52,472 nt of DNA, taken from the NCBI RefSeq assembly GCF_011745625.1, contig NW_027191470.1:434001-486472 (forward strand), read 5' to 3'. Below the pieces are notes generated by a model. The model worked only from the letters and a program-made list of their open reading frames with translations, did not search any database and was not told the origin of the DNA. Shown here piece after piece: positions 13,065-25,054 of the stretch. Each line of letters begins with the position of its first letter. Position 1 is the first letter of the stretch. Both the position numbers and the translations under genes were made by a program. The DNA comes from Cladosporium halotolerans. Its lineage: Eukaryota.

Positions 13065-14339
13065 ATGGTCTTTGGCCGCGTGGCTTCCTACCTCTTCCCA
13101 AACGCCGAGCCTCAGTCGTCGAGTTCGAGCAGCTTTAGAGATGACGTTCTCGGCGCTCCGGCCCTCACAATGCAGGATATGCGACGGGAGAAAGAAGACT
13201 TTCGGCCGGATACCGCGCACACAGTAGCGGAACATGACGAGGAAGCGTACAGACCGCCGTATCTGCACGCGATGCTGGCGGGAGGGATTGGAGGCACCAT
13301 GGGCGATATGTTGATGCACAGTCTGGATACCGTCAAGACGAGGCAGCAGGGAGATCCGCATCTTCCGCCGAAGTACACGAGCATGGGGAATTCATACTAC
13401 ACCATCTTGAGGCAAGAGGGAGTATCGCGAGGATTATACGGAGGAGTTCTGCCTGCGTTTCTGGGTAGTTTTGGAGGAACGGTCATTTTCTTTGGATGCT
13501 ATGAATGGAGTAAGCGGTATATGGTCGATCACGGCGTCACGCCTGCTGCTGCCTATTTCGCCTCTGGTTTCGTCGCAGACTTGGCAGCGAGTCCCTTGTA
13601 CGTGCCGACCGAGGTGCTTAAGACGCGTCTGCAATTGCAAGGCCGATACAACAATCCCTACTTTTTCTCGGGCTACAACTACCGCTCGACCTGGCACGCT
13701 CTGAGGACCATCTATCGCACAGAAGGCTTCCGAGAACTCTTCAGCGGCTACAAGGCGACGCTCTTCCGCGATCTGCCCTTCTCCGCTCTGCAATTTGCCT
13801 TCTACGAGCAGGAACAAAAATTCGCCAAGCAATACGTCGGCAGCAAAGACATCGGCCTCCCCCTGGAGATCCTCACCGGCGCCAGCGCAGGCGGCATGGC
13901 CGGCGTGCTCACGTGCCCGATGGACGTCGTCAAGACGCGCATCCAGACCGAGCTCGACCCCGAAGTCATCGCGCAGGCCCGCGGCAAAGCGGCCGCAGCT
14001 GCGAAATCAGGCTCCAGCAAGTCCCAGCCCACCACCGCCACGTCCTCGCAGCGCCCCACGCAGCCTGCATCCAGCAAGCATCCTAACACGCGCGGCCATC
14101 CAATTTCTACTTCCGGTGCCAGCACGGCGCTGAAGCAGCACGGTCAGGTCAGTCTCGACACCGAGAGCGTCATGAAAGCCTTGCGCATCATCTACCGCAC
14201 GGAAGGCATCGGCGGCTGGTTCAGAGGCGTGGGACCTAGAGGTGTGTGGACGAGCGTGCAGAGCGGAACCATGTTGGTCATGTACCAGACGTTGCTGAAG
14301 TGGTTTGACGATCATCCTTTGGTAGATATGGACGATTAA
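13065..14339 (+). CDS. MME1: Mitochondrial carrier family protein, YMR166C/Mme1-like
   Basis: Three carrier-signature repeats (SLDTVKTRQQ, PTEVLKTRLQ, PMDVVKTRIQ). GRYNNPYF..GYNY and RDLPFSALQFAFYE match the Mme1 subfamily. Confidence 0.8.
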   Translation: MVFGRVASYLFPNAEPQSSSSSSFRDDVLGAPALTMQDMRREKEDFRPDTAHTVAEHDEEAYRPPYLHAMLAGGIGGTMGDMLMHSLDTVKTRQQGDPHLPPKYTSMGNSYYTILRQEGVSRGLYGGVLPAFLGSFGGTVIFFGCYEWSKRYMVDHGVTPAAAYFASGFVADLAASPLYVPTEVLKTRLQLQGRYNNPYFFSGYNYRSTWHALRTIYRTEGFRELFSGYKATLFRDLPFSALQFAFYEQEQKFAKQYVGSKDIGLPLEILTGASAGGMAGVLTCPMDVVKTRIQTELDPEVIAQARGKAAAAAKSGSSKSQPTTATSSQRPTQPASSKHPNTRGHPISTSGASTALKQHGQVSLDTESVMKALRIIYRTEGIGGWFRGVGPRGVWTSVQSGTMLVMYQTLLKWFDDHPLVDMDD

Positions 14340-14884
14340 AGGGACGGGATTTCGGCGTGTTGTACGAATATTGGAAGGCATTGCCCCGGCAGACATGACG
14401 CGTGTACGGAGGGAAATGGTGGAGGGGATAGATTCTTACTTCTTTTACGCATTGCATGGCGCTGAAACATAGAGACGAGGGGTGCAAAGGCCCTTTGGAA
14501 AACTATCTCGGCTCGTGTAGATTTATTGCATCTGTATAACAATATTGACATGCCTAGTTTGAATCCATGGATCCTAGATCACTTCATGACATGGCAGGTC
14601 ATGTGGCATTGCAAGTATTTGGGAAATGCGACAGTATTTCGAACTATATATTTCTTCCATACCAGCAGCCAAATTGGAACAACCATTTCCACTTGTCAAT
14701 CAGTAAACGAAGTGAGAATGTCGTGAAGCTACCTAGACTGTAGCAGATCCGCGATGAAACAAGGGTTTCGTCTTGATGGCCCGTGCCCAACTTCCACGTC
14801 GTACCCCGAAGCTGCGCGTCGTCCAGCGATCTGGCAGTTTGGCAGGCAGCATTGCGATTCCCTTTCTCCCGCAACACATTAAAC

Positions 14885-16021
14885 ATGGCGAACAGGCAGG
14901 GTTATGATGTCGTCGTCGATGTAGACGCCGAGGTAAGCTTCACTTCCAGGAAACAGTAACAGCGCATTAGCTAACCAAAACCACCAGGGCGATCTCGGCC
15001 ATACCGACCTTCAAGAAGACAACCTCGAATTCCACAACTCCAGTGAGTAATCCACGCATACCCAGATCGCCTCAGAATTCACTGACCCCATCCCCTAGCC
15101 TTCGACAACCCCTCCCGCACCTCCAAAGCAGCCCCCAACAACTCCTCCTTCCTCAGCTCCGGCCCAGGCGGCAGCCAACAGCCCTCCTCCAAGCGCCTGC
15201 TCTGGAGCATCGCCTTCTACCAGCAGTTCTTCGACGTCGACACGAACCAGATCCTCGCGCGCTGCCGCGCCGCGCTCTACCCACGCCAGAACTTCCTCGA
15301 CGTCCTCGAGGGCAACCCGGACCTCTACGGGCCCTTCTGGATCGCGACCACCGTCGTCGTCATCCTCTTCCTCACGGGTACGATCAGCCAGTACCTCGCG
15401 AGCACGGGCAAGGAGCATTTCGCGTACGATTTCAAGCTGCTGAGTGGCGCTGCGGGGTTGATCTATGGATACACGGCTTTCATCCCGCTCGCGCTGTGGG
15501 GCGTGCTGAAGTGGTTTGGGAGTGAGAGCGCGAATTTGATGGAGTGCTGGGCGCTGTACGGGTATGCGAACCTGATCTGGATTCCCGTTGCGCTGGTGTC
15601 GTGGTCGCCGTTGACTGGTGAGTTTCGCTCGTCCCCTGCATTTCCTATCACTGTTCTGGTGCATTGCTAACAATCCCATTCCCAGCCCTCAACTACGCCT
15701 TCGTCGGCGTCGGCCTCGCCCTCTCCGCCGCCTTCCTCTTTCGCAACCTGTACGTTGGCGCTTCTTTTCCCCCCCATGTCTACTCTACTGACCTTTCTTT
15801 TTTCCTCGAACAGCTACCCCGTCGTCTCCGCCATCGACGCCAAGCCCTCGCGCATCCTGCTCATCGTCGTCGTTGCCCTGCACGCGGGCCTCGCCATCGC
15901 CATCAAGATTCTGTTCTTCGCGCACGGCAGCCCCGTCTCGGACGTTCCGGCCAAGCCGTCGGATCCCATGCAGGATGCGCCGCCGAAGGAGGGCGGGGAG
16001 GGGAGGATGTTTTTCGCGTAG
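14885..16021 (+). CDS. YIP5: Yip1-domain protein (Yip5/YIPF1-2 type); join(14885..14932,14988..15042,15099..15617,15686..15749,15814..16021)
   Basis: Spliced frame gives FYQQFFDVDT...NPDLYGPFWIATTVVVILF...WALYGYANLIWIP; four canonical introns with branch sites. Confidence 0.85.
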
Positions 16022-17162
16022 GCTAGGGGTTTGTCTTCCGCATAACGAAGAGGCGATGCGGCTTGGTGCTCTGGAGGCCGTCCGCGTTTTATCTACGTTT
16101 GTATTTTACCTGTACGTCTGTGTTCGGCATTGTAGGTGTTTTGAGCGAGGGGTTCCTTGCGTGTGAGGAGTTTCGTCAACGTGTCATTTGCCTTCGGATC
16201 GAATTTTTGAACGCTTTCCCACCCTCTATACGAGCCCGGGCAAGCATTCTGGTCGTCTATCATGTTGAACGACATCGTTCCGTGAGTCCGTGAGACCGTG
16301 AGGGTACTTGGGGTAGTTAGGGTTAGGGTATGTAATCAATAGATCCGCAGGATCACGTTGTTTGGTGGGATACTGTCGTTTTGCCTCGTCTCTTGATGGA
16401 TCTTTGTGTTTTTTTTCTCTTGAAGAACTTGTTATGTGCCAATTTAGTCTTATGGATCACTTTCGGGTCGTTCGTGTTGCTGCAAAGGTCCGAATTGTAA
16501 GAAACGCGCGAAGATCCGCCTCGACACTCCCGATTGATCAAGCACACATACGGTTGAATTGACTGCAAACAACCTACGACTTAGCTGTCGACACCGCAAG
16601 AAATTAGTTGGCACTACCAGCTCTACAACAGAGCAGATCGATGCACCAGATGAGGTCACGTCGTTCGAGCCATCAGAGTAGCAAACCACCTCGCAGCGCC
16701 CTGCTTAAACTTGGCGCCGCCCACCCCCACCTTTCTCCTCCCCGCGACGTCACTTGCACAAAGCGAAATCCCACTGCAGAGTCACAACCTCGCCTTGCAG
16801 CCTCGCCTTGCCCGCGAGAGAGGACGCGAGCACACACTGAATCACTTCCCGTAGTCACCGTTCCCTGCCGCTCTTAGGCAGCCGTATTATGAGCAAAGCG
16901 TGCACCACCACCCTAAACCTCCCACCCTCCTCCGACGACCCCAGCAGCCACACTACTCCGCCCGCCGGCCAAATTTTGCCTCCCGCACAACCACCACCCG
17001 AAAGCTGCGCGAAAGGTCCCCACTTATATCGAACCCGCACTTAAGTGAAAGCCCGGCGCCCTTTCCCACACACACTTGCAGCCGCCCGTGTGTCTCTCAC
17101 CTCAACGCTCTTTTCCAAAAAAACCCCCACACCCCGGCTTCTTGACGCGCAAGCAAGCAAGC

Positions 17163-20100
17163 ATGGCGCCCAAAGGCAAGAAGGGCAAGAAGGCCGGCGA
17201 CGACTGGGACGAAGGGCTCGGCGAGTCGGCGGACCCGATCGCGCAGGCCGACGCGGACGCGAAGGCCGCCGACGCTGCCGCCGACGCCGAGGAGGAGATG
17301 GGCGGCGGCGGCCTGATGGCGGCGCTCAAGAAGAACAAGGAGAAGCGCAAGAAGAAGGGCAAGAACGTCGACAATGACATCCTCGACGGCGAGGACCCGA
17401 CTGGCACGCCGACTGTGGACGACAGTTTGGATATGGCGGCCAAGGCGCCGGCGGAGGCGACGATGGATGACGAGGAGGATGCTTTTGGCGGCGCGGGGAA
17501 GAAGGGTAAAGGCGGGAAGAAGCAGCCGGCGAAGGCGGCGGAGGATGAGGAGGATGGTGCGGGCGGGGGTGTGAAGACGAAGGCGCAGAAGGAGAAGGAG
17601 AAGAAGGAGAGGGAGAAGCAGAGGAAGAAGGAGCAGGTGGGTTTGCTTTTTCGCTTGAGGCTTTGAGGTTGTGACGCTGGACAGATTGCTGACTTGAGTA
17701 CTTCCAGGCCGCACAGAAGAAGAAATCCACACCCGCTCCCGCGCCCGCGAAGGAAGAGGCCAAGGCCGCTGAGCCCGAGGCTGCTGCTGCGCCGGTGCCT
17801 GAGCCTGCCGCTGGTGGCAAGAAGAAGAAGCTGCCCGCTGGTCTTGCGGCGCTCCAGAAGCAACAGGAAGAGCTCCGTCGCCGGCAAGAAGAGGAGGCGC
17901 GCTTCAAGGAGGAGGAGAAGGCCCGCCTTGCCGAAGAGGAGAGGCTGAGCAAGGAGGAGGAGCAGGCTAAGGCTGAGGCCAGGGCTGCGAAGAAGGAGCG
18001 TGAAAAGAAGAAGGTCGAGGAGGCTAAGAAGGCCGGCACATACAAGACTGAGAAGCAGCGCAAGGATGAGGCACAGGCTAAGCTGCGACTGCAGCAGATG
18101 CTCGAGTCTGGTGCCAAGGTGGCTGGCATGGGTGAAGGCGAGGCCGAAGAGAAGAAGAAGACCAAGGACGACAGGCGCAAGAAGAACCCCCGCAAGGAGG
18201 CCGAGGAGCGTAGGGCTCGTGAAGAAGAGGAGGCCAGGAAGAAGATGGAGGAGCTCAAGATTGCTGAAGAGCAGAAGAAGCGTGCGGCTGAGGAGGCCGA
18301 GAAGGCGAAGAAGGACGCTGAGGCTAAGAAGGCCGAGGAGAGCGACGAGCTCGATGACTGGGAGGCCATGGCAGAGAAGGAGGACGAAGACGTCAAGGAC
18401 AGCTGGGATGCTGAGTCCGACGACGAGGAAGCCGTTGTGAAAGCCACCGCAAACGGTAAGCCCGTCCAGGCCGGTGCTACCGGTGCCAAAGCAGACGTCA
18501 AGAAGCCCAACGGCAAAGATGCCGATCTCAGCGAGTCCGAGAGTGAATCCGACTCCGACTCGGAATCGGACTCTGACGAGAAGGAGACTGTTGCCGAGAG
18601 GCAGACCCGTGAGCGCAAGGAGGCCGCCGCCCTCAAGCGTAAGCAGGAGTCCGAAGCAGCGCGCGCCGCCGCCTCCAAAGACAACCTGCGCTCGCCCATT
18701 TGCTGTATTCTTGGTCACGTCGACACGGGCAAGACCAAGCTGCTCGACAAGATCCGTCAGACCAACGTGCAGGAGGGAGAAGCTGGTGGTATCACGCAGC
18801 AGATTGGTGCTACATACTTCCCGGTCGAGGCTCTCCAGAAGAAGACTGCTGTCGTCAACCAGGATGGCGCTTTCGAGATGAAGGTCCCTGGTCTCCTCAT
18901 CATCGACACCCCTGGTCACGAGTCTTTCACCAACCTTCGTACCCGTGGTTCGTCCCTCTGTAACATTGCCATTCTGGTCGTCGATATCATGCACGGTCTT
19001 GAGCCTCAGACTCTCGAATCCATGAGACTGCTTAGGGACCGCAAGACGCCCTTCATCGTCGCGCTCAACAAGATCGATCGTCTCTACGGCTGGAAGCAGG
19101 TCGCCAACAATGGCTTCCGCGAGTCTTTGGCCCTACAGAACAAGGGTGTGCAGAACGAGTTCCGTGACAGACTTGAGAAGACCAAGCTCGCGTTCGCCGA
19201 GCAGAGTTTCAACTCCGAGCTCTACTACGAGAACAAGTCCATGGCCAAGTTCGTCTCGCTTGTTCCTACCAGTGCTCACACTGGTGAGGGTATCCCCGAC
19301 ATGCTCAAGCTCCTTCTCCAGCTCACCCAAGAGCGCATGACCAACCAGCTCATGTACCTCAGTGAGGTTGAGTGTACCGTTCTCGAAGTCAAGGTCATCG
19401 AGGGTCTCGGTACTACTATCGATGTCGTCTTGAGCAACGGTGTTCTTAACGAGGGTGACACCGTCGTTCTGTGCGGTACTGAAGGCCCAATCACAACACA
19501 GATTCGTGCCCTTCTCACACCCGCTGAGATGAAGGAGCTGCGTCTCAAGTCGCAGTACGTTCACAACAAGACTGTCAAGGCCGCTCTTGGTATCAAGATC
19601 GCTGCCAACGGTCTTGACCACGCCATCGCCGGTTCCCGTCTGCTCGTCGTCAAGGACCCTGATGATGAGGACGAGATTGAGGAACTTGAGGAGGATGTCA
19701 TGGGTGACCTCGAGAACCTCATGAGCAAGATCAGCAAGAGCGGTCGCGGTGTCACTGTGCAGGCTTCCACTCTTGGTTCGCTCGAGGCTCTCCTCGAGTT
19801 CTTGCGCGTGTCCAAGATCCCCGTCGCCAACATCTCCATCGGCCCCGTTCACAAGCGCGATGTCATCACCGCATCGACAATGCTGGAGAAAGCCAAGGAA
19901 TACGCCGTCATGCTGTGTTTCGACGTCAAGGTCGACAAGGACGCACAGGAGCTCGCTGCCCAGATGGGCGTCAAGATCTTCACCGCCGAGATCATCTACC
20001 ACCTGTTCGACGACTTCACCAAGCACATGGCACAGCTCGCACAGCAGCGCAAGGAGGAGAGCAAGATGCTCGCCGTCTTCCCCTGCGTGCTCCGCCCCGT

Positions 20101-20482
20101 CGCCGTCTTCAACAAGACGGACCCCATCGTGGTCGGCGTCGACGTTATCGACGGCAATCTGCGCCTCAACACCCCGATTGCCTGCGTCAAGCAGAACTCC
20201 AGCGGCGCCAAGGAGATCATCCCCATGGGCCGCGTCACCTCAATCGAGCGCGACCACAAGCAGATCCCCATCTGCAAGAAGGGCCAGCCCTCCGTCGCCG
20301 TCAAGATCGAGGGCCCCAACCAGCCCCTCTACGGCCGCCACCTCGAGGAGAAGGACATGCTCTACTCCCAGGTCAGCCGCGCCAGCATCGACACCCTCAA
20401 GGAGTTCTACCGCGACGAGGTCGACAAGGACGAGTGGGCGCTCATCGCCAAGCACCTCAAGGGCATGTTCGATGTGGTATAA
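17163..20482 (+). CDS. FUN12: Eukaryotic translation initiation factor 5B; join(17163..17636,17708..20482)
   Basis: [29 protein letters not shown] and NKID GTPase motifs; charged N-terminus [10 protein letters not shown]; phase-0 intron GTGGGT..CTGAC..CAG. Confidence 0.97.
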
Positions 20483-21262
20483 ACGATTCACGCGACATAT
20501 CATCGTAGGTGCGACGAGCATGGGGGTTTCCTTACGCACTGGGGTTCTATGGTGGGAATGAAAAATTGGGTTCTTTTTGGTAATGAAGGATGATGTGTGA
20601 GGATTGCATTTGCTTTCTCTCTTTTGGTTCCTTTTGCTACCTCGTAAAAGAGGGTTTGCGGGAGTTGTACTTTGAAGTATATAACGGGTCTCTTGCTTTC
20701 AGAAGCTCTTCCACTCTTGATTGAAAGTGTCTGTTCATTGTGTCCCGAACTGTTTTGACGACTGTTGGACGCGATGTGCTTGTGAGGTTTCGGGTGCAAG
20801 GCAACCTGCGACATCAACCGATCTTACTTCCTGCCAGCTTACCTTGGTCGATGCGACAGTCTTTGCCGGTGCCTTCGCATGGTTCTTCCATCGCCTATTG
20901 CAACATTCGATGCAAGGTGGCTGGATGGAAAGGAAGCAGATCAAAACATTTACCTGCCAATTCGGCTTAGCTCTGACAGCAAAGGAGCTCGAGGCTTCCT
21001 GCTCAAGTCCATACTCTGGAGACGCGTATGCTCTTGCCTCTAGATGTCGTGCTGCAGCTCCTTCAGGCTGGTAACCCGCAGGTTGCGGGCGTTACAGAAA
21101 ACAGCCCTTGCAAACTTGCAGCTTCTTATCTCGCTCGACCGAGCCAGACCAGGTCGGCGGACGTTCCGTCTTGCAACGCCGATTCGCAGGGTAGGTTTCG
21201 CGTGGGTAGTTTGAAAAGAAGCGCTTCATGCCGTGAGTGCATGCAGCTTCCACATAACGCCT

Positions 21263-21880
21263 TCATCGCTTCAAGGCGACCTTACGGAGAACCGGCCCCG
21301 ACGGCCTCGCTTCTCCGGCGTCGTTGCTCGCTCTTTGATCGTGAGACCTCCGGTTATGCGCGTATTTGCCCTTCGGCTGGCGATCGTTTTGCTCCCGCTG
21401 CATAGAAATGAGCTTCTTCACCATCCATCCAGCATTCTCCCTCAACTGCTCGCCCGTCATGGTCAACCCGGCCGGATGTTTGACTGTCAGCTTGAGCGCG
21501 CCTTCCAAATCAAACTTTTGCTCTCGCCCACTAGACCCCCCTCCAGGTATCCTGCGGCCATCGGAATCCCATCCAGCGAGCCGCAGCTCGGTCCTGAAGG
21601 CCTCGCGGCAGCGTCTCCTCGCGTGGTCCCTGATGCTCGAACGTTTAGAGAAAGCCGAGGGCACGGCTACCGACCAGTGCAGCTTTTTGGGATCGAAGGC
21701 TTCGAGCCTCCTCCTGACCGAAATCTGCTGGGGGTGGCAGGTCGACGGATCGGAGATGATAGCCGTGGGCATGACGGTCGTGACGTTGAAGGCCCGGGGG
21801 TGCCGCTGAAAGGCGAAGTAGAGAAGCTCATTGGAGAATTGTGTCGGGGCTCCGAGACCTTTGAGCGACAGGTACACCAT
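21263..21880 (-). CDS. Uncharacterised basic protein with RNase P protein (RnpA)-like motif; alternative upstream in-frame ATGs at 22027/22030
   Basis: Open frame with an ACAATG start context. Contains WSVAVPSAFSKRSSIRDHARRRCREAFRTELRLAGWD, which resembles the RnpA RNR motif. Function is inferred. Confidence 0.65.
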   Translation of the reverse strand: MVYLSLKGLGAPTQFSNELLYFAFQRHPRAFNVTTVMPTAIISDPSTCHPQQISVRRRLEAFDPKKLHWSVAVPSAFSKRSSIRDHARRRCREAFRTELRLAGWDSDGRRIPGGGSSGREQKFDLEGALKLTVKHPAGLTMTGEQLRENAGWMVKKLISMQREQNDRQPKGKYAHNRRSHDQRASNDAGEARPSGPVLRKVALKR

Positions 21881-22209
21881 TGTGCAAGGGAGGGGAGCAC
21901 CCGCGAGGGGTGTGGTTGGCAATTGTGATGTTGCGCGCGTGCGCACGTGAGGGCTTTCACATGCGCGACGTCTGGGCTTGCCGTTTGTGGCGCGCGAAGC
22001 TTCGGCGCGGAGGACCCGCGGGGGCATCATGGACTGCACATCAAGATCGATATAGGTAATCAGACGCCCTCGACTCCACCATCTGTTGCGCTTCCATCTT
22101 CGAAACGATCAATCACGCCTTGCTTGTGTCGTACCTGAAGGATTGCTATTGTTACGTCCGCGTTCACGGATATCAGGCGGCTTTCTCTGGGAAGGCCTAC
22201 GCCACCATC

Positions 22210-22724
22210 ATGAAGACCATCACGTGGGTGAAGATGCTGGCCTCGTAAGTTGTTCTCACGCATCATTGCGATCATCAGAACGAACATAGTACTGACCACC
22301 AAAAGTGGCGGTATTATGTGCATTGGCGGACCGGCATTGATCTACTACGTTACACCAACCGAAGAGGAGCTTTTCTTGGTTAGTTTCTGTGAATTTCGAT
22401 TTATGAAGCGCATATGCTGATAATTCTCAAGCGATACAATCCTGAATTGCAGAGGCGATCGCTGGAAAGGCGCCAGGAGAAGCAGGAAGACTTCGACAAC
22501 TTCGTTGGCCGATTGAAGGAGTACTCTAAGAGTGACAAGCCCAGTGAGTTCCTCGCCACATCGGCTTGGCGACTAAAGACTAACACTCATTAGTATGGAC
22601 CGCATGGGAGAAGGATGTTGAGAGACGCAGAGCCATCCACAACCAGGAGCTCGTCGATGCGAAGCGAGCGGAAGACGCTGAGGCCGAGGCCCGGCGCCAG
22701 GAGATCAAGGGCTCGATCAGGTAA
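22210..22724 (+). CDS. CBP4: Cytochrome b assembly factor Cbp4; join(22210..22244,22306..22378,22432..22543,22594..22724)
   Basis: Absent from the ORF track. Spliced product is [48 protein letters not shown]...[12 protein letters not shown], the Cbp4 signature. Confidence 0.9.
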
Positions 22725-23598
22725 AGAATTCCTTCGGCTTGAAGATGGTCAGACTCAGAATGGACTGTATGATATCACGCGATTGATCGCGGCATTCTGC
22801 TCCATGGGTTGAGCAGCATGTTGCCTTTGTATGAAATAGAATGTTATTCTTGCCTTGCAACAGTTCCGCCACCAGATATCACCAAAATTGATTGTCATCT
22901 TGCTTGTCAACACGAGAATCTTTGCAGCACTCATACGCGTCTAGACTAACCCGACAGCTTGTGGTTCGGTCAAGACAGGGTACACAGGTGTGATGAAGAC
23001 TATCGACTTCTCAATGTGCAGGATACAGGAAGTGAGGTCTGAAATATCTTAAGATATGAATTCTATGCTGAATTAAACTCAGGCGGTCAAAATCGGCTCG
23101 CTTGGAAAACAATCGCCATTCCTTTCGCGATCGTCGTATCATGAGCATGGTGGCCATCCAGCGCACGTCTCTATTGACATGCACTAGTTCGAGGGTTGCC
23201 CCCGAATTAAGCCATCTAGGTACATACACCTTGGGGGAGTGCTCTGATGCGGAAATGCTTCGAGAACAAGTTGCCGATCGGGCACACGGAATCTAGACAG
23301 GTCCATACGCATGCGTCGTCATTGACAAGCTTCTGATATGCTCGGCGCAAAAGAAGGCATGGCTTGAATGAGATCCGTCGTCTTTTCTCTTAGCATTCGC
23401 AGATCTGAGTTTTGCGACTGGCTTGGTTCTTTCTGTACAGACTGAGCCTTGAAAACCCCCGTCATGAACTCATTCTTCCTTTAATCTTCATGATGATAAT
23501 GCAAGGAGGCGCTCGCTTGGCTGAATCAAAAATGGGCCGCTTATTTTGCGAATTTGAATGCCAATCTGCTCGTACGTGGCAATGAAAGCAAGCCTCCC

Positions 23599-24731
23599 TT
23601 ACTTGCCGACACCGATGGAGCCCAGGTCAAGCGCGCTGAGCCACCACATGAACGCAAATTGCACAACGTAGGTGTAGACGAAGAGGAATTGCATCCGACG
23701 GCTGCGCTGGCCACGTGCAATGGGTTGCATGGCTGCGTTGCCGGAGTTGTTGTCTGAGGGCAAGAGGACGTATTTCAGGGAGCGAAGCTGGATTGGTCGT
23801 TAGTATTGTGCGCAATATACAAGGTCAAGTTCAACTTACCAAGAAGAAGGCGTTCGCCATGAAAGTGTATCCGAATACCGTCCAGCCAATCCAACCTCCT
23901 GTGCCCTTGCCGCCATTGAAGACAGCGGCAACTGCAATGGTCACGATGACGCCGACAAACTTGTAGCCAGAGTATGCGACCAGATCATAGATTTGGCTTT
24001 CAGAGTTGATGTTGAGGAAATACCTTCCCAGCCAGAGAAGGACCAGCTCAAGGATGATGATCACGCTGGCGTTGCTGAAAGTAATGCCGAGCAACTCTGG
24101 CTTGAATTGACCGTTCAGGCCAGCGATCATGGTGGAGAGCAGAACGTATGTCGTGAACGCCATAACAGGGATGTAAATGTCAGGGCTGTTGATGTCGTCT
24201 CTGGGAGGCAGAAATGAGGCGCTGCTGCCTGAACCAGAGGGCTCGTTGTGCGAGATTTGGCGAGACCAAGGCTTATGGCGCCATGGGAAAAGCACCAGCA
24301 GCAGTTTCCTCAATACGTAAGCGTTCGATACGTTGAAGTAATGCTTGAGCGCGGAAACGTTCACGAAGCGGTTGAGCTGGATGCTATGTCAGCGCCCAAA
24401 AGCCTTGATTGTTGCAGGAGACCATCGCGTATTGTATACATACGTTCTGCTCCATGTACTGTTGGCCCGCAGCCATCCCTTGACCAGCAAACCCCATGGC
24501 CATTTTGGCGGTGGGGTCTTCCATGAATCCACCGAACGCAGGGTGCATGTTGTATCCTGCACCAGACGCTCCTGCTTGAGGATCTTGAGACTGCCCATAT
24601 CCATAGCTATTTTGTGATGAAGGAGGCGGTGGGCTACGCAGTTGAGGAACGGTCGAGACGTGCTGAGGGACAGGGTGATGGAGCGGTGGGCTGTGAGCCG
24701 GCGGTACGGAGGCGTAGGTCGGTCGTTGCAT
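23599..24731 (-). CDS. YIF1: ER-Golgi transport protein Yif1 (Hrf1 family); exons 24731..24444, 24376..23840, 23787..23599
   Basis: LKHYFNVSNAYVLRKLLLVLFPWRHKPW, PRDDINSPDIYIP, DLVAYSGYKFV and FFLLRSLKYVLLP motifs; canonical introns. Confidence 0.93.
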
Positions 24732-25054
24732 TTTGGCGGTCGATTCCAGGATATGTCGAGAGATTGTTCAGTGAAGCGACCGCATCAAAGTATTGTTTTG
24801 TTCAGTCACTGCGTAGATCGGTGTGTGATGTTGTTTCGCGTGTAATAACAATTGGCAGCTCAGGTGCCTGTCGTTTCCCCACGGAATTCACCCGCGGCCA
24901 GGGAAATGGAACGTCACTCACATCTGCGACAGTGACCCCACCATCACCTGTTACTTTTGCTGTTGCTACACCGGCCCGCCCAAATCTATACCTGTCGACG
25001 GTCGCGATATCCCGCTCGATACACCTCGAGGCTCTAGCGACCTATGCGATCGCC

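Noticed and set aside
16317..16328. TTAGGGTTAGGG telomere-like dimer
   Set aside because: Only two units; insufficient for an interstitial telomere or a regulatory call.
17102..18994. 630-aa antisense ORF over eIF5B, and similar ORFs at 11275-12180, 38253-39506 and 50126-51433
   Set aside because: Shadow ORFs caused by strong codon bias of the sense gene.
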